A DNA stretch of 64,000 bases. Source: Raillietiella orientalis (lineage: Eukaryota). Both the position numbers and the translations under genes were made by a program. Each line of letters opens with the position of its first letter. The first letter of the stretch is position 1. This document shows, in pieces, positions 8,101-18,587 of the stretch. The notes under the pieces are model-generated. The model ran no database searches, was not told the origin of the DNA, and saw only the letters and a program-made list of their open reading frames with translations. The DNA lies in assembly GCA_036172245.1 (NCBI GenBank), contig JAYWIR010000012.1, positions 2,294,001 through 2,358,000 on the forward strand. Direction: 5' to 3'.

Positions 8101-11100
8101 CCGTATTGCCCACGGAGCCCCCTCCGTCCCGCGTTGCCAGGAAGAAGCGCTCTGGTTTCGCCGGCTGGCGTCGTATCTTCCGGGGACCGCATCCACGCAT
8201 GCGGGAGAGGAGGAGCTGAGGAGAGTGGCCTCACAAAGAGCCACTCCCAGTACGTGTTGGTGTGGCTGCGAGCCGGTGTCATGGGCGCAGACCATTTTCC
8301 GGGTGCTCCTAAGAAGGCGGAGCTTTCGGTCTCCGCATCTTTGGCGAGAGAGAAGCGATGAGTGCAATGCCGGTCCGGCGACGAGATCTTTCTCTTGCGC
8401 GCAGGTCAGGCCGCCACGTGACGGCCCGGAATAGTCTCCGGGAAGGCGCACGCATCCCTCTGCTAGTGACCGGCTCGGAACGAGTCCCGCTTCGGCCGTC
8501 GAAGGCTCTTCGAGGGGGAGCCCTCTAGACTGGGGGGAGGAGTTCACCACAGCAGACTCACATCCGGTCTGCGCGTGTGACTGAGGGAGGCTGTCGCGGC
8601 TCTTCGATTCCCAGCTGCTATCTTGCCAGAGATGGCGCAGCTCAAGTGCTCAACGAAGCAACGGCACCCGTGTGCCGCTGCTGCTGCTGCAAGAAAAATC
8701 TCTCCGCGAACTTGGCCGTGCCAGTGCGGCGGCGTGCAGGAAAAGAGCAGAGCGAAAAGAAGGCATTCCTGACGTCCCTGAGGATCGACACGGAAGAGAT
8801 GAGCTATTTGAGAAGAACGCCGTGGCATCGCAGGGATATTTCTGTCTTTCTGAAGAGGGGGCTCTTTCGGGACGATGGTGCCTTGCCAACCCCAGTTAGT
8901 AGGGCAAGGCGTGACAATTGACTAATGCGTAATTAAAAATAGTTTGTGGGATGTGATTTTGGCTCTGGAGTAGGTGGGAAAAGGCGTTCCCAATCCCCAA
9001 CCATCCATCCCAAGAAGGCCCTCGGATTGCTGCTGGCAACCCAGAAGATCCAAGATCCTGTTTGCGTCCGGGGTTGTGGAGGCTGCAGGCCGGGATGAGG
9101 ATGAGACAGGACAAAAATGGACCTCCTTTTCTTGTCCGCCTACCTCCTCCTCCCCTGAGACCGCAGGCTGCTCGGCAGCTGCGGGGTGCCGTCCCGAACG
9201 CCGAAGAACTTGCGAGAAGTCCGCTGAAGAGATAATAGGGTGAAAGATCGTACGGAGACGCGGCCACCGTAACCTCTGGTTCGCGTCGCGTCTTGTTGCT
9301 TGGCTAGAGTGGAGGCAGCTGAGTTGAGGCACCATCGGGCCGGGCGCAAGTGAGTCCGAGTGTCCCCTTGCCCTCTCCCCTTTCGCATCCCCGTCGGAGC
9401 AGATCCCGGGGTCTTCGCCCGCGGGAAAGGCTCGAAAGCACCTCTGGTCCAAGCAGCTCAGGGCTGCGGGACGAAGGCTGGCTAATTGGCGCTCAAAGAG
9501 GAAGCGGGGGAATCCTCCCTTCCTTTAGCTTCCCCGAGCTGCTTGCGTCGCGATGCTCTCGCCACCTGTTCTCCGCAGGAGAATGCTGGTAGGTGGATGG
9601 AGGGAGTCGGGCTGCCACACCCAGGCGTTTCGCCGAGGATTCATGGTCTCCCCCGCAGCGGTCGGGGTTTCCTCCTCGGTGGGACTTTCGCCGCCGCCGC
9701 CGCCGCGGTCACTGCCAAGCGCGCGTGAGACCTGAGTCGAGCTATGACCTGAGCCTTCAGGAGGAGAGGGAAAGAGGTGGAGGAAGTGTCTTTCCCCCTC
9801 CCGCCTACTCCCCACGCAGGTGCCGCACGACCAATCAGTGCAGGAAAAAATTTTCAGGGAAGGATGGGCAGCGTCGTTGCCAAGGCGGCGATAGCTCCTT
9901 CCTTCCTTTCCACCATCCTCCCTGCTCCATCCCCACTTGCCCGGTTCACCCCGTCTTCCGGAGGCCTATGCGGATCCTCTCTCCAGAAGGCGCTCCCTCC
10001 ATTCTCCCTTCCGTCGCATCTCCCGAGCCCATCTGTTGTACTACCTGGCTGATGGGATGTATGTATCATCCACACAGGTAACATCGAGTACAGCTGCCCA
10101 GCTTCCAACGATTGCGAAATCAACAAGCGGAGGAGGAAGGCGTGCCAAGCGTGCCGTTTCCAGAAATGCTTGCGTATGGGGATGCTGAAGGAAGGAGTGA
10201 GGCTGGACCGCGTCCGCGGAGGAAGGCAAAAGTACAGGCGCAGCCTGGACACCCAGTACCAGTCGCAGCCTCCCAGCATCAAAAGGGAAACTCTGGAAGG
10301 TACGCCCGAGCAAGATGACTGGTGCGCGCGACCGCCCTCTCTACCCTACCCTGCCGACTCCGCGGGCATGTCAGGGAGTTTTGATGACTCCCATGGATGG
10401 TCTCCAGCCCCCCTTTCACCACCCCTTGAGCTCTCCTGCATTGAAGCGGGAGTTTACGAGGCTGCTGGAGCATCCCCATGGACTCCTCTCTGTCTCGCGG
10501 CCGCTTGTCGGAGTGGGAGGTGCAGGGGGGAAGGGGGGGGTACAATGGGGAAGAGGCGGAAGCAATCTCACGCGCGCCATCCAGAAAACAAAATCTTGAC
10601 TGCGCTCATCCACACCGAACCGGAAATGCTGTCATCCACCACCAACCATTCTGACTTGACCTACGAGTGCTCGCTGATGATGGCCTGGAGCCAGCTCATG
10701 GACAACGACCTGGTGGCAATCATCGGTTGGGCCAAGCAGATACCAGGTGAGCCCGCCCTCCCGCCTCGCTTGCCCGGAAGGCAACCGTCGCCTCCGTCCC
10801 TTTCCAGGATTCGCGTCCTTTGGCGTCAACGACCAGATGCGCCTCCTCCACGCGGGGTGGACGGACGTGTTCACCGTGGGGCTGGCTTACCGGTCTCTTT
10901 CGTGCCCGCGTCGGCTGAGGAACGCCTTGAACTGGCTGATGGACGCTGCCCAAGCGCGCCAGTGTCACGCGGAGGAACTTTTCGGGCAGGTGAGGAGGAA
11001 CGCGCGTCCTCGGGAGGGAAGTGTCCCGAGGCCGTCCGTGTCCCACCCCTTCGTGCGCCTCCGTCGGTCGCCGCTCCGCCGACGTGACCCCTCCGCGTCC

Positions 11101-11512
11101 TTCCAGTTTCTGATGGTCGTGGACCGCTTCCGTGCCATTGAGATGTCGAAGGAGGAGTACTTGCTGCTGAAGGCTCTGGTGCTGTCCAACTGCGACGCGG
11201 TCCTCGACGAGCCTGCGAAGCTCGCCCAGTTCAGGGAAACCATCCTGTGCAGCCTGCAGCGCTGCGTGGCAGCGATGAGGTGAGCTCGGTTGGGTCCGGG
11301 CGCCCCCCTCCCCCCCTTCCTCCCAAGCGACCCCGCCGTGTCCCCCCAGGCCCAGCAGCGTGGCCATCCACGTGCATCACATGATCCTGTGCCTGCCCTG
11401 CGTGCGTCAGCTGGACGTGGCGATACGCCGCTTCTGGCTGAACGTGAATCACTCGGGAAAGATCCCGCTCAACAAGCTGTTTGTGGAGATGCTGGATCCT
11501 CTCCCGCGGTAA
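5075..11512 (+). CDS. ERR: Estrogen-related receptor (NR3B), spliced gene, ~452 aa; join(5075-5101,6677-6856,6960-7085,7271-7394,10078-10299,10585-10746,10808-10989,11107-11279,11350-11512)
   Basis: C4 zinc fingers [61 protein letters not shown] with the ERR P-box [36 protein letters not shown]...NDQMRLL and AF-2 KLFVEML. All introns are GT-AG with matching phases; exons sum to 1359 nt. The first coding exon is less certain than the rest. Confidence 0.96.
6283..6309. repeat. (GCA)9 microsatellite
   Basis: Direct reading. Confidence 0.95.
6376..6385 (+). promoter_or_regulatory. CCAAT box (NF-Y type) of a putative proximal ERR promoter
   Basis: GGCCAATCAG, followed ~65 nt later by a donor-like AAGG|gtaggc (6452) and then the 6677 acceptor. 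Confidence 0.45.
6677..6856 (+). CDS. ERR: ERR exon, A/B domain (ISVVSDPD...NLQKE)
   Basis: Acceptor ccttccag at 6676, donor GAG|gtagct at 6857; 180 nt, GC3-rich; internal ATG at 6719. Confidence 0.85.
6960..7085 (+). CDS. ERR: ERR exon, A/B domain (IDEADG...SPGSPDR...SVSE)
   Basis: Acceptor ctgctgcag, donor GAG|gtaagg; 126 nt; SPGSPDR motif as recalled from arthropod ERRs. Confidence 0.88.
7271..7394 (+). CDS. ERR: ERR exon, zinc finger 1
   Basis: [41 protein letters not shown]; acceptor tcttgcag, donor AAG|gtgagc, phase 1. Confidence 0.97.
10078..10299 (+). CDS. ERR: ERR exon, zinc finger 2 plus CTE/hinge
   Basis: [55 protein letters not shown]...ETLE; acceptor cacacag, donor AAG|gtacgc. 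Confidence 0.97.
10585..10746 (+). CDS. ERR: ERR exon, LBD helices 1-3
   Basis: [14 protein letters not shown]...[12 protein letters not shown]; acceptor catccag, donor CAG|gtgagc. Confidence 0.93.
10808..10989 (+). CDS. ERR: ERR exon, LBD helices 4-7
   Basis: [18 protein letters not shown]...LAYRS...HAEELFGQ; acceptor tttccag, donor CAG|gtgagg. Confidence 0.95.
11107..11279 (+). CDS. ERR: ERR exon, LBD helices 7-9
   Basis: FLMVVDRF...[16 protein letters not shown]...; acceptor cttccag, donor AG|gtgagc, phase 2. Confidence 0.95.
11350..11512 (+). CDS. ERR: ERR terminal coding exon, LBD helices 10-12
   Basis: [23 protein letters not shown]...FW...[20 protein letters not shown] at 11510-11512. 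Confidence 0.95.
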
Positions 11513-12248
11513 CGTGGCCATCCGTCTCTCGCTTTTTCACGGAGCTCGAAGAAGAGACATCAGGAACGTCTGTGATTATGCTTATCAGGGAAAATGAAAA
11601 AAGAAACAAACACCCCTCTAGTCACAAGAGCTTCCTGTGCCAGTTGAGCACTGTCTCCCTCCGACCTACGATAGAGGGAAAGGGATTTTTTTTTTCTGTT
11701 TTTTTTTTAAAAAACAAAAACGCGGAAGAAAAAAAAAAAACACATACACACACACACACACACATACACACATACACACACACAAAGTACCGGAGTGTTC
11801 TTACAGTTCTCCCACGTACGGTTACAGAGTTTAGAGAAAAATATATCTATATATGTGCAATTGAAACTGGCTGTATTTTTCGTTGGTGCTTTCTGGCCTT
11901 CCAGGACTGGGCCCGGAATATGGGTGGGCGATGCGTCCACGTCCACGGTCAATCGTGGACCCCCCCTTCCCCCACTCTCGTCTGCATGGCCTGGAACCCC
12001 CCCGGCGTTCCTTTTCCGCGGCCAGATACGTTTTTTTAACGGAATTCTTCGCGGCGCTGAGTCCAAAGGAGCGCCTGCGCGGAGAGGCAAGCAGGAAGTG
12101 ACGGACTGAAGCGGAAGCAAGGAAAGCCCCCGTCGAGGGAGGGGACGGGGGAAGGCGCGGCAAGAAGGGAGCGAAAGACGCGCTCTCGGACTGGACGGAA
12201 GGAGCGAAGCGCGCGTGACAACGCCTTGCAGGCAGCGGCGGCGAGCAG

Positions 12249-12281
12249 TTCTTCTTCTTCTTCTTCTTCTTCTTCTTCTTC
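12249..12281. repeat. (TTC)11 microsatellite
   Basis: Direct reading. Confidence 0.95.
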
Positions 12282-13540
12282 ACCCCCCCACCCACCCAAT
12301 CCCCCTGCTGCGAGGCTCGCAGCCCTGGCGCATGCGCCGTTGAGCCCGCGGTACGATAACCTTCCCCCCCCCCCCGCCTTCGCGCACGCACTCGCGGAGG
12401 AAATGAAACGCCTGCCGCCAACGCCAGCGCCGCGCCGCTGCGGATCGCGCGGGCAACGAGGAGTTCGATCGTGCCAGCAGCAGCACGCTTCTTCGCGGAG
12501 GAGGAGTTTTCCGAGAGAGCGGGGGAGATGCGGAGAGGCTGTGTGTGTGTATGTGTGTGTGTATGTGTTTTCCAGGGAGGAACGGTAGTGGTCCCTGTGG
12601 ACGATGCTATTCATGAATGCCAGCGTGTGCACGCTTCACGCGTGTTCCTCTGATGCTCTCAGGTGTGCGCGTCCCGCACGCAAGGTCAAGCAGGCACCTT
12701 CCGCCGAGTGCGTGAGCACAGAGGATTACCACGGGAGGGGGGAGGAGGAGGCGGAAAGCATGGGATGACGGAAAATCCTGAGAACGGTGGGAGAAACAAC
12801 CCAAGCCTCCGCGAGGAACGCCGGAGTCCCCGTGAGTCAAGAGACGGACGACCTTTGGACTGCGCTTTTTCGTCCCCTTCTTTTTTTTTTTTTTTTCTTC
12901 CCCCCCCCCCCCCGTCTCTCTCTCTCTTTGTCTTCCTCCCCACCGGAAAAGAGGACCGCGGAGGGGGGCGGGAAACCATCGCTTCGTAATTCGCTCTTCA
13001 TCGCGAAACAAAAAAAAAAAAGGTTTCCTTGGAGCAGCTTCGGCCGTCCCCGTTCGCAGTGGCCGCCGATCGCGACCAGAGATCGCTGGCGCTGTCCCCG
13101 GCGGCCCGTCGGCGCCGAACGTGACGACGACCAGTCGTCAGCGTGCGCGCACCTCCCGCGGTGTCAACACGGGAAGAGCTGCCCTGCCGCGGCATCTCGC
13201 GTCCCACGTGAACAGCTCGACTTTTGCGGAAAGGGGTTGGCGGCGGCGCGGAGGCCACGCAAGCGATCCGCGGGGCGACGCGCGTGCGTGCGTGCGTGCG
13301 TTCCCGAGGCCCCCTTCCCGCGAGGCAGCTCGCCGTGACGCTGCGGCGGGAAAGCTGCCGATTTCCGTAGATGTCGCTGCGGTGGGTTTTTTTTTTTTTT
13401 TCCCCCGCTCGAACCAATTCAAAGCGGGGCTCTCCCTCCCTCTCTCTCTCCTGCTCTCCCTCCGCTCCTTCCCCTCTATTTCCTTCACTGCATCCACGCT
13501 CCCGTCGTGACGCACCGCCGTGCTCCTCGGCAAAACACCG

Positions 13541-13541
<1 letters not shown>

Positions 13542-13583
<42 letters not shown>

Positions 13584-13645
13584 CTGGCCATCAGCGCCAC
13601 TGCAAACGAGCAGCCCCTCGTCGCAGACGGGCTGAACACCACGCG

Positions 13646-13682
<37 letters not shown>
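13542..13682. repeat. Twin trinucleotide tracts (GCT)13 and (GCT)12
   Basis: 13542-13580 and 13647-13682. Confidence 0.95.
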
Positions 13683-13683
<1 letters not shown>

Positions 13684-14702
13684 ATCCCGGAGAGCTTAAT
13701 GAGAAACAACGCATCGCGAACTTCGCCAGCTTCCTGAACGGGAAAGTAGGTCAGCAAAACCTGTGAACGATTCCATCCCGCCCCGGTTCTAAAAGCGCTA
13801 GTGGCATCCCTTGAGCTCGGGGGAGGAAAACAGGCTGCGGGGGGGAGGGGAGGGGCAAACTCGGGCGAGAGCGAATTGCCAGCAGCAGCCCAACGCGTGG
13901 GGCCGATCCCGGAGCCATCATAATTCCGGCGAGCATCGATGGAAGATGGGATTATGAACATCGGTCCTCCTGCCTTTGCTTGGCAACGATCCAAGCGAGG
14001 ACACGGGAAGTGAAATCGATAGGGTCCGTGTTCCCCGCGAGCACGGTCCCAAATATATTGTTTCCTTTCGGCTCCCTTCCCGGCAGCCCGGCGCAGCATC
14101 ATTGAAATCATTAATTTATTATCTGATTCAGTAATGTGATCGCGAAAGTAATTAACTCCGCAACGTATCCGGGGGCATCCGACGACGCGGTTTTTCTTTT
14201 TTTCTTCCTCTTCTTCTTCTTCTTCGTCCTCTCGCTCTCCGAGAATTGATGAGGGAAAGTTGCTTCCTGGGCATGACGTGTACGTCAATCAAGTGCCCAC
14301 GAAAATCCCTTCTCTCTTCCTTGCCTTCTCGATGCCTTCTTTCTTTCTTTCTTTCTTCTTTCTTTTTTTTTTTTCTTTTTTTTTTTTCCGGGTATCTCCT
14401 CGGCAACCGGGCTGCCGTCGGCGGCGAGCTGCTGCCCTATCGCTGCGCCTTCCTCACGCCATTGAGAAAAAGGATGGGTGGATGGATGCCTACCCTCGTT
14501 GGTTAGCCTTGGGTAGCCTGCCAGCAGCTGGAATGCAAGAACTGCCCAAGTGCTTTCTCACCTGCTCACAGTAATCTTCTGAGGAAGCATTCCTTGTCAA
14601 TATTTATTACACATGCACTTGTCATGAGGCACATGCGTTGATCCTCGTCTGATTGCGTGTGTGGTGGTTGGTGGGTGAGTTTCTTTTTATTTCCGCTCAC
14701 AG

Positions 14703-14737
<35 letters not shown>

Positions 14738-17700
14738 TGTGTGTGTGTGTGTGTTTATTTGCCTTTCTCTCAAATCTCTTTCAGGAACGCTAATCACATC
14801 GTGAGCCGCCTCGCCGGCGTTAATGAGTATGAGTATGAGCCTTTTTTTTGCACTTTCGAGCGGACTCACACACCACCCGGAAATTTTTTTCTTTCCTTTT
14901 TTTTTTTTCTTCTTCTTCTTCTCGTCCCGCTTGCAGAGCTCCGAGTGCAGCTGCAGAGAAGGGCCTTTCCATTTCGTATTTTTTAAATAAATACGTATAA
15001 ATTTTTGTTCACGTGGCCACATCGGTCCCTTTTTTTTTTTTTTTTTTTTCCTTTTGTTTTGTTTTGCTTCTTGATAACAAATGCAATGAGTCAACTACGG
15101 TTAAAGAGCCCAGCTCTGAATTATTCATGCTCAAGTGTACGCAGAAATTCTCGATCAGTTTGATCTCCTCCATGATCTCCCCTCCCCCCCCCCTCCCCGG
15201 TCTTCCCCTCCCCCCTCCCCTATTCACGAGTGAGTACGAGGGAAACCGTGGAGACAGAAAATAATGGTAATGAAGACGTGGAATTTTCAAGAAGGCGAAA
15301 CAGTGAGGGTTCCCTCCTCGCAGATCATCTGCTGCCATGGAGCCGGTGGCGATGGCTGCATAGAAACCGCACAACAATGACCGCGCACGTCGCCGGGCAA
15401 CAGATATACGGTGGCCGGAAGGATTTATTTTCTCGGGCAGCCCTGCGCTCGGAGGCGAGCGTGTCCCATCTGTGACTTTCGACGGTACCATTCGTGCAGA
15501 GAGAAGCCGCTCCGGGAATTAAAAACCGAGCAACCGGAAATGCGCAGCCTCGCAACCGTCCTTTTTGCTTTGGGCGTCAATCCCTTCGCAAATTAATTGA
15601 CCTGGAGCGGTGGTCAGTGGACGCCAGGAAGATAGGTCTTCTCGCTTCCGGGGTCGCAGAAGTCGTGCCAGGTACAGTAAGCGTGTGCACCGTGGACGTA
15701 GGTGCGTGAGTCGGCGCATCCACTGTGGAGAGCGCATCTCCCGCGTGGCCCTCTTTTCCCGTTCTCCTCAGGAACATGGGCGAGCGGGTGCAACCTGGGA
15801 AGGAGGCTCACCTACTTGGCAAGGTTCGGCTCTGAGGCCTGAGAAGGACCCTTCTTTCTGCGGAGAGATCAGGAGAAGGGGCTGGGGGGAGAGGGTGGAA
15901 AGTCCGGGGTACCCAGACGTCGCCTGGAAAGGGAAACGCTTTCCGGGATTGTTCGCAGTTTGTTCGTGGCGAGTTTTTTTTGTTGTTGTTGTTGCTTTTT
16001 CCTTTTTTTTTTTTTCCTTTCGTTTAAGCCGAAAGATTACCCAAGCGCGCTGCTAGCAGCAGCAGCAGCAGCTGATGGGGCCGAGGGCTGGATGTCTGAC
16101 ACGGGATTTCCCGCATGCTGCCTGCCACGGCAACGTGTTCACATGGCTCGGAACACAAAAGCGCTTCGGTTCGAGGGGGAGGGCAGTAATCTGATATCGA
16201 AGCTGGCTGGGTTTGCGGATCCCGCAGGCTGGCAAGGTGTTGATATGCAAAAGTAATCGAACGCGTCGATCCGGCGAATCGGATCGGCGGTCTCCGACGG
16301 GAAAGTTACCCAACGAAAGCGAAAAATCCGCATAAATCCAAGTCGTAAGTGCGCGAAAACGCGGCGTGCACGGAGTGAGCGCGCGTGCTCCCCGCGTGTT
16401 TTATTGAAATGTCATTCGTCACGCGGGAGTTCGCGCAGAGCCATCTCCACGGACTGCGCCCAAGTTTGGCGCTCCCGCTGCCGGGGATTCGGGACGCGTC
16501 CATTAACGGAGGGGGCAGAGGGGGGAACGCGCACAGAGAAGCGAGTCGCGAGGAGGAAATTTAGGAAAGAGCGGGAGAAATCGGTCCGGGGAGGAGAGCG
16601 GCGAGGAGGAGGAGCGGTCCCGACGTTCCGGAAGGAGCAACGGGGGACAGCCGGCAACCGAGGAATTCGCCCCCTCCCCCTTCCTCCCAGGAAGAGTACC
16701 GCGGCAACGAGAGGAGCTCCGCGCGTGGGAGGGGAGAGACACTGCTCTCGCTTTAGGCACTCTCGCTTTTCGTCCACTCAGGCGCCGAAGCCTCGGCGAG
16801 CATCCTCCCACGTTTCGTCCGCCGGCCGTCCACGCCTGCACTCCGAGGGAGGGAGGCGAGGACGCGCGCCGGCAGCGCCGCGGAGAGTGGACGCGTTCCC
16901 AAGGCAAAAAGACCGGAAGGAGCGGAGCGCGCGGCGTTCGCACGAGATCTCGGACCCACTTTTTTTTGTCTTCCTGTCTGTCAGGAAAGTAGGGTCTGGG
17001 GATCGCGTTTTCCCTTGCATCCCATGTTCGAATGAGGGAGGCACTAAGATCGGTCCGTAGTCCTCACGGATCCTCCGGAGGAGGATGACGAGGAGCGTCG
17101 TTTGTCTTCAGCGAAACGCAGTGGGTTACTTGTGGAAGAATAGGAAGCAAAAACAAAAAAAAAGTAAAGGCATGGATGATGGTGCGGTCTTGGAGATGGA
17201 CGGGTAAAGCGAGCGACGGAGAGCCCACACGGCCGTGGGAGCAGCAGAGGAACCTGCAGGAAACCCGGAGCCCAGGAGGGATGCTGCGCGTGCGAGCAGC
17301 AGCAACCCGCCCTCGTGGAAGAAGTTCCCCACTCTTCAGGTTCGGCGTCCCGAAGGTTGTGGAACCACCGTTCCCATTCGTTCCCGCCTTCTCCACGTCC
17401 CTTGGAAGGGTGGAGAGAGGAACACTCGGAAGCCTGAGGGAAAAAAGGCGGGGTCGCAGTCGTCCTGGTCGCGTGGCAGGGGACCCGATGGGCCCGTAGC
17501 GTGGTTTCGTCGCCCTCTGGGACACGCAGCAGCTCCGCCTTTCTTCGCCCCGGGGCAACCAGGCAAACCCTCCCGAGAGTGGAAAGGAAGGCAGGGCTAT
17601 TAGGTGTGCCGAGAGCTTCAGGCCGCAGGTACTTGGCCGCAGGGGTCTTCGGAAGGGAAACCGGAAGGATGGTTGGGGCTTCCGCCACCAGACTCGTCTC

Positions 17701-18587
17701 CCCGTACCGAACAGGGGAAGAGGTGGACGGGGCAGAGAAGGAGGTGGGCTGGTGCTGGATGCTCCCTTCTTCGGAAGTGGGCGAGGTGGCGAGGTCACGA
17801 ATAGACGAGCTTCCGTCTTCACGAGGCAACGGAGACGAGGCGATCCTGGACGTCGAGAGCTGTCCCGGATCGTGGACCCTGGGACGCAGCCTAGCGGGTT
17901 CATCCCTTTCCGCTGTTTGCCGAGGTGGCCAGGTCGACCTTGAAAATCCCCTGTGGCCTTCTTTTGGCGAAGAGACCGCTGCAACCCCAGGCCTCGGGTC
18001 GAGACCTGGAGAAGGGTGGAGACGAAGGGGGAGCAGGGGAATGGAACCCGAATCCCTTCCTTCGCAAGGGATCAGGACAGCCATCGATGCCCTCGTAGAC
18101 GCCGCCGGTCTCGGGGTCATGTGGGCCACAGCGACTGCGTCCCGCGAACCCGCCCGGGCCGGGGTCGCCTTTTGGTCCGTGACCTCACGACGGCGAACAC
18201 GGGTGGCGCCTATCCTCTTCGACCCCCTGCGGTCTTCCCAGGTGTTCAGAAGTCTCGGATCACAACGTGCTCTGCACCCCGGAGTCTCGGTCGCTCCCGG
18301 CCCCTCCGAGTGGCTCAGCGCGGCCGGCTTGGCCTGGGAGCGTCGCTCACCCGCGCGCGCGCTGCCCCAAGGAGCGTCCCAGTGGGCGCGAAAGCGGGAG
18401 CGAAGAGTCCGCGGTGGGTGCCTCCCTTCACTCCGAGCACCCTCCCGGGCTGGGTGGGGTCTGCGGCTCCAAGCGCGAGCCTTCCTGACTGATGGATGGG
18501 GAGCTGCTTCTCTCCCTCAGCTCTCCGGAAGGGGCCGCGTCCGGAGATGCTGCGAGCGAAGTCTCCGAGTCCCGGGGAAAGGGCACA

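Noticed and set aside
7271..10299. Calling the receptor an estrogen receptor (ER) or SF-1/FTZ-F1
   Set aside because: The P-box is CEACKA (ERR), not CEGCKA (ER) or CESCKG (FTZ-F1), and the [16 protein letters not shown] is ERR-type.
13371..13766. Poly-alanine ORF as a transcription factor
   Set aside because: No DNA-binding domain or convincing exon structure; explained by the GCT microsatellites.
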